Positions 1-8,121 of a DNA stretch of 37,423 nucleotides are shown piece after piece; position 1 is the stretch's first letter, and every line of letters begins with the position of its first letter. The position numbers were made by a program, and so were the translations under genes. This DNA comes from a virus: IMG/VR virus record IMGVR_UViG_3300045988_123575, positions 1 through 37,423 of that record; one strand, 5' to 3'. The notes under the pieces are model-generated. The model did no database searches and was not told where the DNA came from. It saw nothing but the letters and a program-made list of their open reading frames with translations.

Positions 1-98
1 TTTTTTTTGAAAAAAAACCTCAAAACGTTTGGTTAATTAAAAAATAGTGCTTACATTTGTAGTGTTGAAACAATAAAAACATTGAAGCCATGAAAAAT
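1..98 (+). promoter_or_regulatory. Promoter/leader cassette copy A: T8-G-A8 tract, -33 TTTG (28-31), -7 TAcaTTTG (52-59), AT-rich leader, ATGAAAAAT start at 90
   Basis: TTTG and TAnnTTTG are separated by 20 nt, matching the Bacteroidota primary-sigma promoter consensus. The 98 nt are identical to 25536-25633 and 37326-37423. Confidence 0.8.
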
Positions 99-332
99 CT
101 AGTTACAATCGTTGAGTTAGTAAATTCCTTAGATGGGAAGGTGTTTATCGTATATACTCAAAAAGAGTATAAAAACGTCAGGACATTTATGCAGGCTGCC
201 AAGCGGGCAATAAGATCCCGGGCGACAAATGATAAGTTTTATTTCTACACCAAGCGTAATCCGTTTAAAATGGATATTAACGAATTAGGCCAATATCTAG
301 ACCAACGTAAAGAAATAATAGTTAAATTTTAA
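90..332 (+). CDS. Hypothetical protein (80 aa), first gene after the promoter cassette
   Basis: The ATG lies inside the conserved cassette. The ORF is intact with a TAA stop. Confidence 0.65.
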   Translation: MKNLVTIVELVNSLDGKVFIVYTQKEYKNVRTFMQAAKRAIRSRATNDKFYFYTKRNPFKMDINELGQYLDQRKEIIVKF

Positions 333-386
333 AGGGGTAGTTCACGATCCGGACTGCCCATGTAATAACAAATAAAAAAACAGAAC

Positions 387-845
387 ATGAAAAGAGAAGA
401 TTTAATAAATACCAAAGTGTATGTTGACGGCCGGAGTGCCGAAATCCAAGAGAAATTATTTAGATTAGGTTTCTCGTGGTTTGAAAACAAGAAAAAAGTT
501 AAACATACAGAAGCTCCATTTTTATTTATGAGGAAAGATAATGCCGGTAACATGATAATAACATATTTGACTAGTATGGAGGATTTTAAGAAATCTACCC
601 ATCGAGAAATCACGGTAGAGGATATTTTAAATACTCCCGTTGAACCGGAATTTAAACCATATCAGAAAATTCTTGGTCGTGATAAAAATACGGAAGTATG
701 GAAGTGTGATTTATTTGGATGTTATGATAGTAGCCGACCTTTTCATCCTTATACATGTGTAGGAAAGATATACAAAAAAATAATTCCATACGAAGGCAAC
801 GAACATTTATTAAATACAACCGATGACCCCGATATCGATAGATGA
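387..845 (+). CDS. Hypothetical protein (152 aa)
   Basis: Intact ORF in the co-directional array. No recognisable motif. Confidence 0.6.
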   Translation: MKREDLINTKVYVDGRSAEIQEKLFRLGFSWFENKKKVKHTEAPFLFMRKDNAGNMIITYLTSMEDFKKSTHREITVEDILNTPVEPEFKPYQKILGRDKNTEVWKCDLFGCYDSSRPFHPYTCVGKIYKKIIPYEGNEHLLNTTDDPDIDR

Positions 846-1119
846 AATTTGTGATGATGAAAGCCTGATAAAAGATTGTCAGGCTTTTTATGCTCCTATC
901 GCTAAACTAGATGCTTTCGGAAATTGGAGTAACGAAAACACTTTTAAGTTTTTGTTCGGCCCGGAAGAGGGAGCGCGGCTATGGAGGTGTTTTGTTATAG
1001 ATGCCAAGCGAAATATCTACCGTCTTTTTTTTGATTTCTTGATAGAAGAGCAACAATTCATTATGGCCGCAAACATACTTAGAATCGAAAATTTAAAGTT
1101 TACAACATGGAAAGGTTAA
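823..1119 (+). CDS. Hypothetical protein (98 aa)
   Basis: ATG-started ORF that overlaps the upstream gene by 23 nt. Confidence 0.5.
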   Translation: MTPISIDEICDDESLIKDCQAFYAPIAKLDAFGNWSNENTFKFLFGPEEGARLWRCFVIDAKRNIYRLFFDFLIEEQQFIMAANILRIENLKFTTWKG

Positions 1120-1328
1120 CCAAAAAAGAACAAGAATGGATTGCAGACCTTGAAAAGGTCATTGATAGGATGCCTAAAAATCTGATGATCTTTGCAGACG
1201 GACAGATGTATATATTGAAGCCTCTTAAAGGGGGCGATCCTAATTGTATGCTCACCGGGGGATATGGTCATGATAAAAATTGCATAGTTCATACTATCGT
1301 ATGTGATTGCGATGGAGGGTCTTTTTAA
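1107..1328 (+). CDS. Hypothetical protein (73 aa)
   Basis: Intact ORF with a short overlap onto the upstream gene. Confidence 0.5.
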   Translation: MERLTKKEQEWIADLEKVIDRMPKNLMIFADGQMYILKPLKGGDPNCMLTGGYGHDKNCIVHTIVCDCDGGSF

Positions 1329-1349
1329 TTAAGATTTAAATTTAACGTC

Positions 1350-1538
1350 ATGAATGCAATAGAAGAAATAAAATCCTTAAGAGATGATTTTGTAAGCTTA
1401 GAAGAATTTGTATCCGACCTTAGTCCGGAGAAATTTGCATTGTTAAAGAATACACTTATAGCACAAATAGAGAGGTCTATAAAGTACATAGACAAATATC
1501 TGCTTCTTGAAGAATCCCATGAAAATGTAATTAATTAA
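1350..1538 (+). CDS. Hypothetical protein (62 aa)
   Basis: Intact ORF. Confidence 0.45.
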   Translation: MNAIEEIKSLRDDFVSLEEFVSDLSPEKFALLKNTLIAQIERSIKYIDKYLLLEESHENVIN

Positions 1539-1550
1539 AATTTAACATCT

Positions 1551-2177
1551 ATGCAAAAGATAATGTTCGATGATTTATATAACTTAACACAAGCTGTAGT
1601 TAAAGGCAGGAAGACAGTAACAAGAAGAATAATTCCGGAAGATTTCTTTACATTAAACTGGGATCGACGAGGCGACACCTTGGTTTATGAAAATGCCAAT
1701 GGTGAATTTATCGATATCCGGGATTCAAAATATTGCAAATACAAAGTAGGCGAAGAGGTGGCCATTGCCCAAAGCTATAACAATATCTTCAACGAAATGA
1801 TGAAGGATGGCTCCGATTGGGATTTGTACGAAGATTTTAGATGTTGTGCAATGGGATTTGAACAAGCAGGGAATAAAAATAAAATGTTTGTCCGGCCCGA
1901 ATTGATGCCCCATCGCATAAAAATAACCAACATCCGAGTAGAAAGGCTACAAGATATCGACCTAGAAGATTGTTTGAAAGAAGGGGTAGTATACACATGT
2001 TCAATGCTTAAGTTTTTTCAGTTCGCTATATATAGAAAAGGTAAGATAACCCCCATAGAGTTTCGGTTTGCCCAAGATGCTTTCGCCTATCTGATCGATC
2101 ATACGGGCGGAAATGGTAAAGGCACTTGGAAAGATAATCCTTGGGTATTCGTGTATGAATTTAAACTACTGCATTGA
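1551..2177 (+). CDS. ASCH-domain protein (YqfB-like fold with an insertion)
   Basis: The N-terminal 'VVKGRKTVTRRI' resembles the ASCH 'GxKTxTxR' motif. The C-terminal 'WVFVYEFKLL' resembles the YqfB C-terminal strand 'FYVIEFKCL'. Confidence 0.55.
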   Translation: MQKIMFDDLYNLTQAVVKGRKTVTRRIIPEDFFTLNWDRRGDTLVYENANGEFIDIRDSKYCKYKVGEEVAIAQSYNNIFNEMMKDGSDWDLYEDFRCCAMGFEQAGNKNKMFVRPELMPHRIKITNIRVERLQDIDLEDCLKEGVVYTCSMLKFFQFAIYRKGKITPIEFRFAQDAFAYLIDHTGGNGKGTWKDNPWVFVYEFKLLH

Positions 2178-2178
2178 T

Positions 2179-2289
2179 ATGTTAGCAAAATGGATTAATA
2201 AACAATTGCCTATATATATTCATTTTAAGGATATGAAACGGCATAATTCTCCTAGTTCTAAAGGAAAAACATTAGATATTATAGTGTAA
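2179..2289 (+). CDS. Small hypothetical ORF (36 aa), apparently translationally coupled on both sides
   Basis: Its ATG is 1 nt after the upstream TGA. Its TAA overlaps the next ATG (TAATG). It is below the length cut-off of the ORF track. Confidence 0.35.
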   Translation: MLAKWINKQLPIYIHFKDMKRHNSPSSKGKTLDIIV

Positions 2290-3014
2290 TGGAAATAAAA
2301 GGTAAAGTTCATCTATTCTTTGAGCAATCGGCTACTTTTCGTGACGAGTTTAGGAAACTTGGATATGAAGCCTTCGACTACGACATTCAAAATAATTTTG
2401 GAGAAACAGACTATCAAATAGACTTGTTTGCGGAGATTGAAAAAGCGTATGACGGTAAAGGAAGCGTGTTTGATAGTATTACGAAAGACGATTTGATAAT
2501 GGCTTTCTTCCCGTGCATTTACTTTTCTGCATTAAGTCAAATGGCATTTAGTTTCGGATGCATAAATTATTGCAGGATGTCACAAAAGCAGAAAACGGAT
2601 GAAATATTGAAAAGGAGTGCAAACAGAGAAAAATTCTTCTCGCTTGCGGTAAAGATGGTTTCCGTGTCAATTATGAGGGGTATTCCAATGATTATGGAAA
2701 ATCCCTGGGCAGAACAGACGTTCCTCAAAGCAAATTTCGTGCAGGCTCCAACTATTATTGACAAAGATAGACGGAGGCGTGGCGATTATTTCATGAAGCC
2801 GACAGCCTATTGGTTCTTCAACTGTGAGCCGACAAGCGGAAAAAGTTTCCAAAAGCAGAAAGAAACTAAGATTGTTAGCAATTGCAAGAAAGGTAAAGAA
2901 GCTGGTATTTGTTCAGAAGAACGCTCCATGATTTCACCCGATTACGCACGAAATTTTATACATGATTTCATTCTCGGTAAACCACAGAAACATACACAAC
3001 TTGAATTATTTTAG
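2289..3014 (+). CDS. DNA C5-cytosine-methyltransferase-like protein (divergent, short)
   Basis: 'FFPCIYFS' resembles motif IV (PCQxFS). 'IMENPW' resembles motif VI (ENV). 'RRRRGDYF' is motif VIII-like and 'ISPDYARNF' is motif IX-like. Motif I lacks the usual FxGxG glycines ('LFFEQSATF'). Confidence 0.35.
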   Translation: MEIKGKVHLFFEQSATFRDEFRKLGYEAFDYDIQNNFGETDYQIDLFAEIEKAYDGKGSVFDSITKDDLIMAFFPCIYFSALSQMAFSFGCINYCRMSQKQKTDEILKRSANREKFFSLAVKMVSVSIMRGIPMIMENPWAEQTFLKANFVQAPTIIDKDRRRRGDYFMKPTAYWFFNCEPTSGKSFQKQKETKIVSNCKKGKEAGICSEERSMISPDYARNFIHDFILGKPQKHTQLELF

Positions 3015-3057
3015 AAGATGTGCACAACGTTGAATTTATAGAATCGATTTTATAACT

Positions 3058-3144
3058 ATGGATGAAATAACGATAAAAAGATTTCTAACATTAAGAGAAA
3101 TCGAAGACAAATTACGTAACCTATCGGAAGAGGTCGACGTATAA
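3058..3144 (+). CDS. Small ORF (28 aa), in frame with the next small ORF across a TAA
   Basis: ATG at 3058 and TAA at 3142-3144. The sequence looks like a coiled coil. Confidence 0.3.
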   Translation: MDEITIKRFLTLREIEDKLRNLSEEVDV

Positions 3145-3153
3145 ACCAATAAA

Positions 3154-3285
3154 ATGTTGATGGATATTGATAACAGTGAAGCATTAGAAGATATCGCCGA
3201 AGAGGTGAACAGGTTAAATATTACTTTAAACGAAACGATAGACCAGTACAAGAAGATTATTAAAAGAATGATTGTTGATTTGTAG
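3154..3285 (+). CDS. Small ORF (43 aa), same frame as 3058-3144
   Basis: ATG at 3154 and TAG at 3283-3285. The sequence looks like a coiled coil. Confidence 0.3.
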   Translation: MLMDIDNSEALEDIAEEVNRLNITLNETIDQYKKIIKRMIVDL

Positions 3286-3294
3286 AATAAAAAT

Positions 3295-3302
3295 TATATT
3301 TG
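3295..3302 (+). promoter_or_regulatory. Candidate -7 box TAtaTTTG ahead of the structural block
   Basis: Perfect TAnnTTTG about 20 nt upstream of the ATG at 3323. There is no well-spaced -33 TTTG; the nearest is only 12 nt upstream. Confidence 0.3.
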
Positions 3303-3322
3303 TAACATTAAAAACAGAAGAC

Positions 3323-4128
3323 ATGAAATTAACCACGAAAACAGGAATAGAGTTGATCCGCGCCGGAGAAAACGAAATTCAGATCGAAAAAGTATTATTG
3401 TCGGTATTCGGAGCAGAGCGCAAAGAACAATTAACGCTTTCGGAAATTCACGAAATGAACGAGTTGTTTTTGGAGTATTGCCGCAATATGCAATCTCCTA
3501 AAAACATCGACGATGTTAAGCTACAGTTTAACGTGAAGATCGAAGGAGTTGAGCACGCGGTTATATTGTCCCGTTTTTTTGATATAGACCTGAACGTTCA
3601 TACCGAAATCCTGTTGTCGGAATTTAACCCGGATGAATTTGATCGAATTACAATATTCGTTGCGGCCATGTACGCGCCGTTGATTCAACGAATGTTTGAC
3701 ATTAAATGGGATATCAGCCGGGTTGCTTTGGCTGTGTCGGAAGCCTTAGAAGAATGTCCGTTCGAGGATGTGTATTCAGTTTATGCTTTTTTTTTAAGTT
3801 GGAAAAAAGACTTATCTACGAACTCCGGACTTTCCATGAAACAGTTTTTAAAAACTTACCGACGAAGACAGAAGGAGCAAAAAAGAGCGAAGGCTACTTT
3901 AAAACTGCAATCGACAGCCTTTCTACTCAGGTCCGGTCGACGTATGACCGTTGGCAGACGATTAAATTTCTTTGTAAATACATTCCTGATAAAGACAAAG
4001 CTATTCTTCTGCAATATGATGAAGCGATAGCCGCTATGGTGGCCGACTTCGCTTCTGAATATTCCGCCCGATGGATGGCAAAAGAACAGGAAAATATAGC
4101 CAAAAAAGCTAAAAAAAGGAAAAGATGA
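3323..4128 (+). CDS. Hypothetical protein at the head of the structural block; needs a -1 frame change between about 3787 and 3854 to be read end to end
   Basis: Frame A (ATG 3323) reads plausibly to about 3850 and then turns R/K/F-rich until its stop at 4030. Frame B reads poorly before about 3800 and plausibly afterwards. Frame B ends in a TGA that overlaps the next ATG at 4125. Confidence 0.55.
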
Positions 4129-4568
4129 ATATCGACGACATCTTAGACATAGTAACTGAGAATGCAGTAATAACTTTTAAGAACAGTTATGTTGCGCAGG
4201 GGTATGTTCCTAGGGGAGCCGTCTATGACAGCATACGACGAAATAAACATTCGGTTGAGGCATCTATTGCTGTGGCCACCTTGATCTATGGCCGTCGTCC
4301 CGGGAAATATCCCCCTTGGGGCTATGAGCAGAAAAGTAATAACCGGACGGCCTTAATGAAGTGGGCACAGGATAAATTAGGGGTCGATGAAAAAGCAGCT
4401 AAGAGTATTTCTTTTCTTATTGCCCGGAAGCTGAAATTATACGGAAATGATGTTTACCGGAAATTAAAAGCCCCTATCGATACAACCCCCGCTCGGGAAG
4501 TGGCTATACAGACGATGCAAGAATTAATTTTGAATAACCATAAACAGTTGATAAACAATGGAAAATAG
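4125..4568 (+). CDS. Hypothetical protein (147 aa)
   Basis: Intact ORF with an ATGA overlap upstream. Its TAG stop overlaps the next gene. Confidence 0.65.
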   Translation: MNIDDILDIVTENAVITFKNSYVAQGYVPRGAVYDSIRRNKHSVEASIAVATLIYGRRPGKYPPWGYEQKSNNRTALMKWAQDKLGVDEKAAKSISFLIARKLKLYGNDVYRKLKAPIDTTPAREVAIQTMQELILNNHKQLINNGK

Positions 4569-5388
4569 ATTCTCAGAACAGAAAAACACGACTTCCGATT
4601 TAAACGAATTAAAAGGAAAATATATTGCTGAAAGGGTATGCAAAAAATGGACAGAAGATTTTGTCGACCCTGAATCGGATGAGGTGGTAACAGTTGAAAG
4701 AAGGGAAATCCTTTTTGAAAGAGGAACCGAAATCACACCGGACGTCTTGTCGGAAATTAATTTTTATTTGTCGGCGGGTGACATAGAGAGTATTCCTTAC
4801 TCTAATCAATGCCGAACCGCTTCGGAGTTAGCTGCAAATTATAAGCATCCTATATATTTTACAATAACCATTGGTAAAACTAAGAAGAAAATAATTGCCT
4901 ATGGAGATTCGATAAGGGGAGCATTAGCGGCTGTTGTCGATTGGTTAGAACTAAATTCTAAGGATAGCTTCGGTATTGAAAGTGCTAAAATTATGAAAGC
5001 CATGACGATAATTAAATCTACGATTAAAAGGCCGGAAGATTTAGCACAGGAAGAGGCAAACGAAAAAGAATTTGAAGAAAATGATGGTGAAGAGATTGGA
5101 TTAAAAAAATATCTCTTAACTTTGGATATGTTTGTTGCAGATAAATTGACTGCGGGGGAAGACTATTTGGTTGAAGGGACAGACATTGAAACCGCTAAAT
5201 TTAATGTCGAACAATATTTATACAAGTCTTTGATTGATAAATTAGAGGGAGACGATGTGAAGATAGAAGCATTTAAAAAAAGTTGGCAGGATCGGACAGT
5301 AAAGATTATTGCTGCTAAAGAATTTAAATACGACTTTATTATCGATCCCGAATTTTGTAAAGCATATGACGGATACGGATTTGAATAA
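4558..5388 (+). CDS. Hypothetical protein (276 aa), acidic central region
   Basis: Intact ORF. No secure motif. Confidence 0.7.
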   Translation: MENRFSEQKNTTSDLNELKGKYIAERVCKKWTEDFVDPESDEVVTVERREILFERGTEITPDVLSEINFYLSAGDIESIPYSNQCRTASELAANYKHPIYFTITIGKTKKKIIAYGDSIRGALAAVVDWLELNSKDSFGIESAKIMKAMTIIKSTIKRPEDLAQEEANEKEFEENDGEEIGLKKYLLTLDMFVADKLTAGEDYLVEGTDIETAKFNVEQYLYKSLIDKLEGDDVKIEAFKKSWQDRTVKIIAAKEFKYDFIIDPEFCKAYDGYGFE

Positions 5389-5869
5389 CATAGTAGCGAT
5401 CTTCTTACCGCAGGTTAAAGCGGCAAAAGAAGGGTATTTATGGGCTCAGTATGGCATTGGTGGAATAGAGGGTGTACACTCTCTATTTTACTGTGCTAAT
5501 GCGGAAATAGCCTACGAAGTAATAACAAACCAAATAAAACCTTTTATCCAAAGAGATGAAGGTTATTTTGTTATTTTCCCTATGTCCGATCGGTCGGAGA
5601 TCAACACCACGAATCCCCATCTTACGACTTCTTTTTCTGTGATCCACTTCGGTGCATACGACACCCCTAAAGCACAAGCAATTGCCCGGACCCACACGGT
5701 ACAGCTTTTGGAAATGTTTTGGAGGACGCAGCGCCGATATATTTCTAATATTGTGCTGGGTAGTTCTGACTTCCAAAAATGGAGCGATGATAATTCCGTA
5801 TTGCAACAATATACTAGCTATGTAAGTGTAAATTATGTTCAATCCTATTTGATTGGAAGGCCATGTTAA
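5366..5869 (+). CDS. Hypothetical protein (about 167 aa)
   Basis: The track ORF starts at a TTG at 5309 inside the upstream gene. The first ATG at 5366 is the more likely start. Confidence 0.6.
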   Translation: MTDTDLNNIVAIFLPQVKAAKEGYLWAQYGIGGIEGVHSLFYCANAEIAYEVITNQIKPFIQRDEGYFVIFPMSDRSEINTTNPHLTTSFSVIHFGAYDTPKAQAIARTHTVQLLEMFWRTQRRYISNIVLGSSDFQKWSDDNSVLQQYTSYVSVNYVQSYLIGRPC

Positions 5870-8121
5870 AAATTTATCAGACCCCTATATTCAGAAAAAA
5901 ATACATCGATTCAGACGGTTCGACTAAAGAATTTGTTTATAGAACCGTAGCAACTTTAAATAATATTTCGGTTGTGTTTGAATCCGTACAAATCCCGGTT
6001 AACAAGATCGGGAATAATGGAACAGACGACATCTTTATTCAGGTCGAAGGCGATTATACGACACAGATTTTGCAAGTGCAGAATGAAGTAGGGGCCGATA
6101 ATTTTAATGTGTATCTGTTTGATCCGGTTGATGATGGGTATAATTACTCAGCTTTATACCGAATTTACAACATTATCTACAATGATGGGAAGACACAATT
6201 TTATTTAAAAAATATAGATAATAACGCCGCCGCATTTTTTGGAGATAAGTATTTCGAAAATAGTCAGGCTCAGATCGTATATAAATACCTGAATAATATT
6301 CAGTATGATATATACGATGCGACATTGGTCGGCGATGAACGAGTAGGTAAACTTTTGCTAACTACTAATCAGCCACAACAGGCGAACGGATTATCGGTTT
6401 TAAATGTGTCCGAAATAGTCAGGGGGATAATGGAGGTAGAAGGCTGTAAATCGGTTTACATCGTTGCTACTGAAAAAGACTATTTCGGGAACACTTCCAC
6501 GATTACAAGTTCTATCCTGAACTTTATAAATGGCTACATGATAGGGGGAAATTACCTAAACTATGTACTATATAACCCGTTCGATTTAGGTAAACTTTTA
6601 CCGAACACTCAGGATCGGATTTACTACGATTCTAATATGGTCATGCCCTTTTGGGTAAATTTTATTTTACAGGATATCGGATACGATACCGCGCAAATAT
6701 TCGGAAGAATACGATTTAATTTGTATATAGATGGGAAGATATCTAATATATATCAGGAAGATATAGAATTGATAGAGGGATTGAATACCATAAATATTTG
6801 CGACATATCTCAGCTATGCTCTACAATTATAAGTGTTAAACCCGATACAATCGGCGTAATCGTTACCTATGTGAATAGGTATGAAAAAGAATTTACTGAG
6901 CAATTTACTGATGAATTTCATATCGGAAATACCGAAACGCCAAAGGCATCGCAGGAATATTTTATACCCTGTGAGCAATATACTTTAAACAATAGACGCG
7001 ATTTTTATTTTAGGTATAACAACAGCTACGGCGGTTATTCTACAATGCTGTGCAAATTGTATAAACCGAGTACTGATAATGAAATCGTGTCGCTTCGAAA
7101 TCAGTACGATATTTCTAACGTCGTAGCCCGGCAGACTGAAACAGTAAAATTGCAATGGAAGCAATTAGATATCGATGCCTTGCAACACTTGTTTGGGTAT
7201 GATATCGACGCAATATTTAAACAGAACGGAATTTTCGAAAGCAAGGAGATTGTACAGATTTCAGCAGAACTAGAAGAACGAACCTTCATCATGAAATCCG
7301 TTTCGTACGGCTACCAAAACGGGGACATCTTCCACGATATCGAGTTTGATTTATATCGTCCTCTTAACGCCGGATTTGAAAAACATGGAGGGATAAAGTT
7401 AGATTTAACCTACATACAAAATAACATTGAAAATGCCATAACCCTCTCAAATTCCGAACAACAAATTATAGTAGCATCTAGCACAAATGCCTATAACTCA
7501 ATGTTAATATTAAGTGTACCTATTGCTCAGATTCAAAATTCAACGGTATCATGGTTTATAGGAGAATTAAAATGTACTGGGAAAAATTATGAATTATTTA
7601 CTTTAAGGTGTTTGTATTCAGATGCCAATGGTGTGACTATCGATGGAAGAGTACAAACACAAAAAGTAGGCAAAAATATAACCGGAAATCAACCAATGCC
7701 TGCCCCCCCGGAGAATGCAGTACATTTTAGAGTTTATATTTATGCGGGTGAATTAGGGAAAACACAGGGACAGGGCGCCATAATACAAAATATCATGGTC
7801 GCTTGGGGAAATCCGAATAATCTTTACTATCATCCTACTCCGGCCGAAATAAAAAGTAGTGGGATGGATACGATATTAGCGCATTTATCCTATCAAATTT
7901 TAACCAAGAACACTTATCAGAATGGTTATGGTGTAGCATACCGATCCGGTGCCACTTACAATGAAGTGTTGTTGGAAGATGAAAATACCGAAGCGGATAT
8001 TATTGTCCCCATCCTAGCCGATAAAACGAAAGTAGGCACAATTCAGGGGTTCGTGAACACCAACTACGGCCAACATAAAAGCAATAAATTAAATGTAACC
8101 TATACGGGAGAGGAGTTATGA
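5863..8121 (+). CDS. Large virion (tail or baseplate) protein, 752 aa
   Basis: Its size, and its position directly upstream of a second large protein and the tape measure. The C-terminal third has a beta-sandwich, carbohydrate-binding-like character, judged by eye only. Confidence 0.6.
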   Translation: MLKIYQTPIFRKKYIDSDGSTKEFVYRTVATLNNISVVFESVQIPVNKIGNNGTDDIFIQVEGDYTTQILQVQNEVGADNFNVYLFDPVDDGYNYSALYRIYNIIYNDGKTQFYLKNIDNNAAAFFGDKYFENSQAQIVYKYLNNIQYDIYDATLVGDERVGKLLLTTNQPQQANGLSVLNVSEIVRGIMEVEGCKSVYIVATEKDYFGNTSTITSSILNFINGYMIGGNYLNYVLYNPFDLGKLLPNTQDRIYYDSNMVMPFWVNFILQDIGYDTAQIFGRIRFNLYIDGKISNIYQEDIELIEGLNTINICDISQLCSTIISVKPDTIGVIVTYVNRYEKEFTEQFTDEFHIGNTETPKASQEYFIPCEQYTLNNRRDFYFRYNNSYGGYSTMLCKLYKPSTDNEIVSLRNQYDISNVVARQTETVKLQWKQLDIDALQHLFGYDIDAIFKQNGIFESKEIVQISAELEERTFIMKSVSYGYQNGDIFHDIEFDLYRPLNAGFEKHGGIKLDLTYIQNNIENAITLSNSEQQIIVASSTNAYNSMLILSVPIAQIQNSTVSWFIGELKCTGKNYELFTLRCLYSDANGVTIDGRVQTQKVGKNITGNQPMPAPPENAVHFRVYIYAGELGKTQGQGAIIQNIMVAWGNPNNLYYHPTPAEIKSSGMDTILAHLSYQILTKNTYQNGYGVAYRSGATYNEVLLEDENTEADIIVPILADKTKVGTIQGFVNTNYGQHKSNKLNVTYTGEEL

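Noticed and set aside
1-17. The T8-G-A8 palindrome at the 5' end of each cassette as a standalone hairpin or terminator.
   Set aside because: An A/T-only stem with a 1-nt loop is not a stable structure. The T-run more probably serves as the U-tract of the upstream hairpin where one is present, and the A-tract as an UP-like element.
329-613. 94-aa ORF on the minus strand.
   Set aside because: It lies mostly antisense to a good + strand gene (387-845). Every other credible gene is on the + strand. The sequence is hydrophobic and low in complexity, as expected for an antisense artefact in AT-rich DNA.
3036-3251. 71-aa ORF on the minus strand in a region with no long + strand ORF.
   Set aside because: It is S/I/L-rich and low in complexity, and mirrors the acidic coiled-coil codons of the two + strand mini-ORFs. 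It has no promoter-like element and would be the only reverse gene in the genome.
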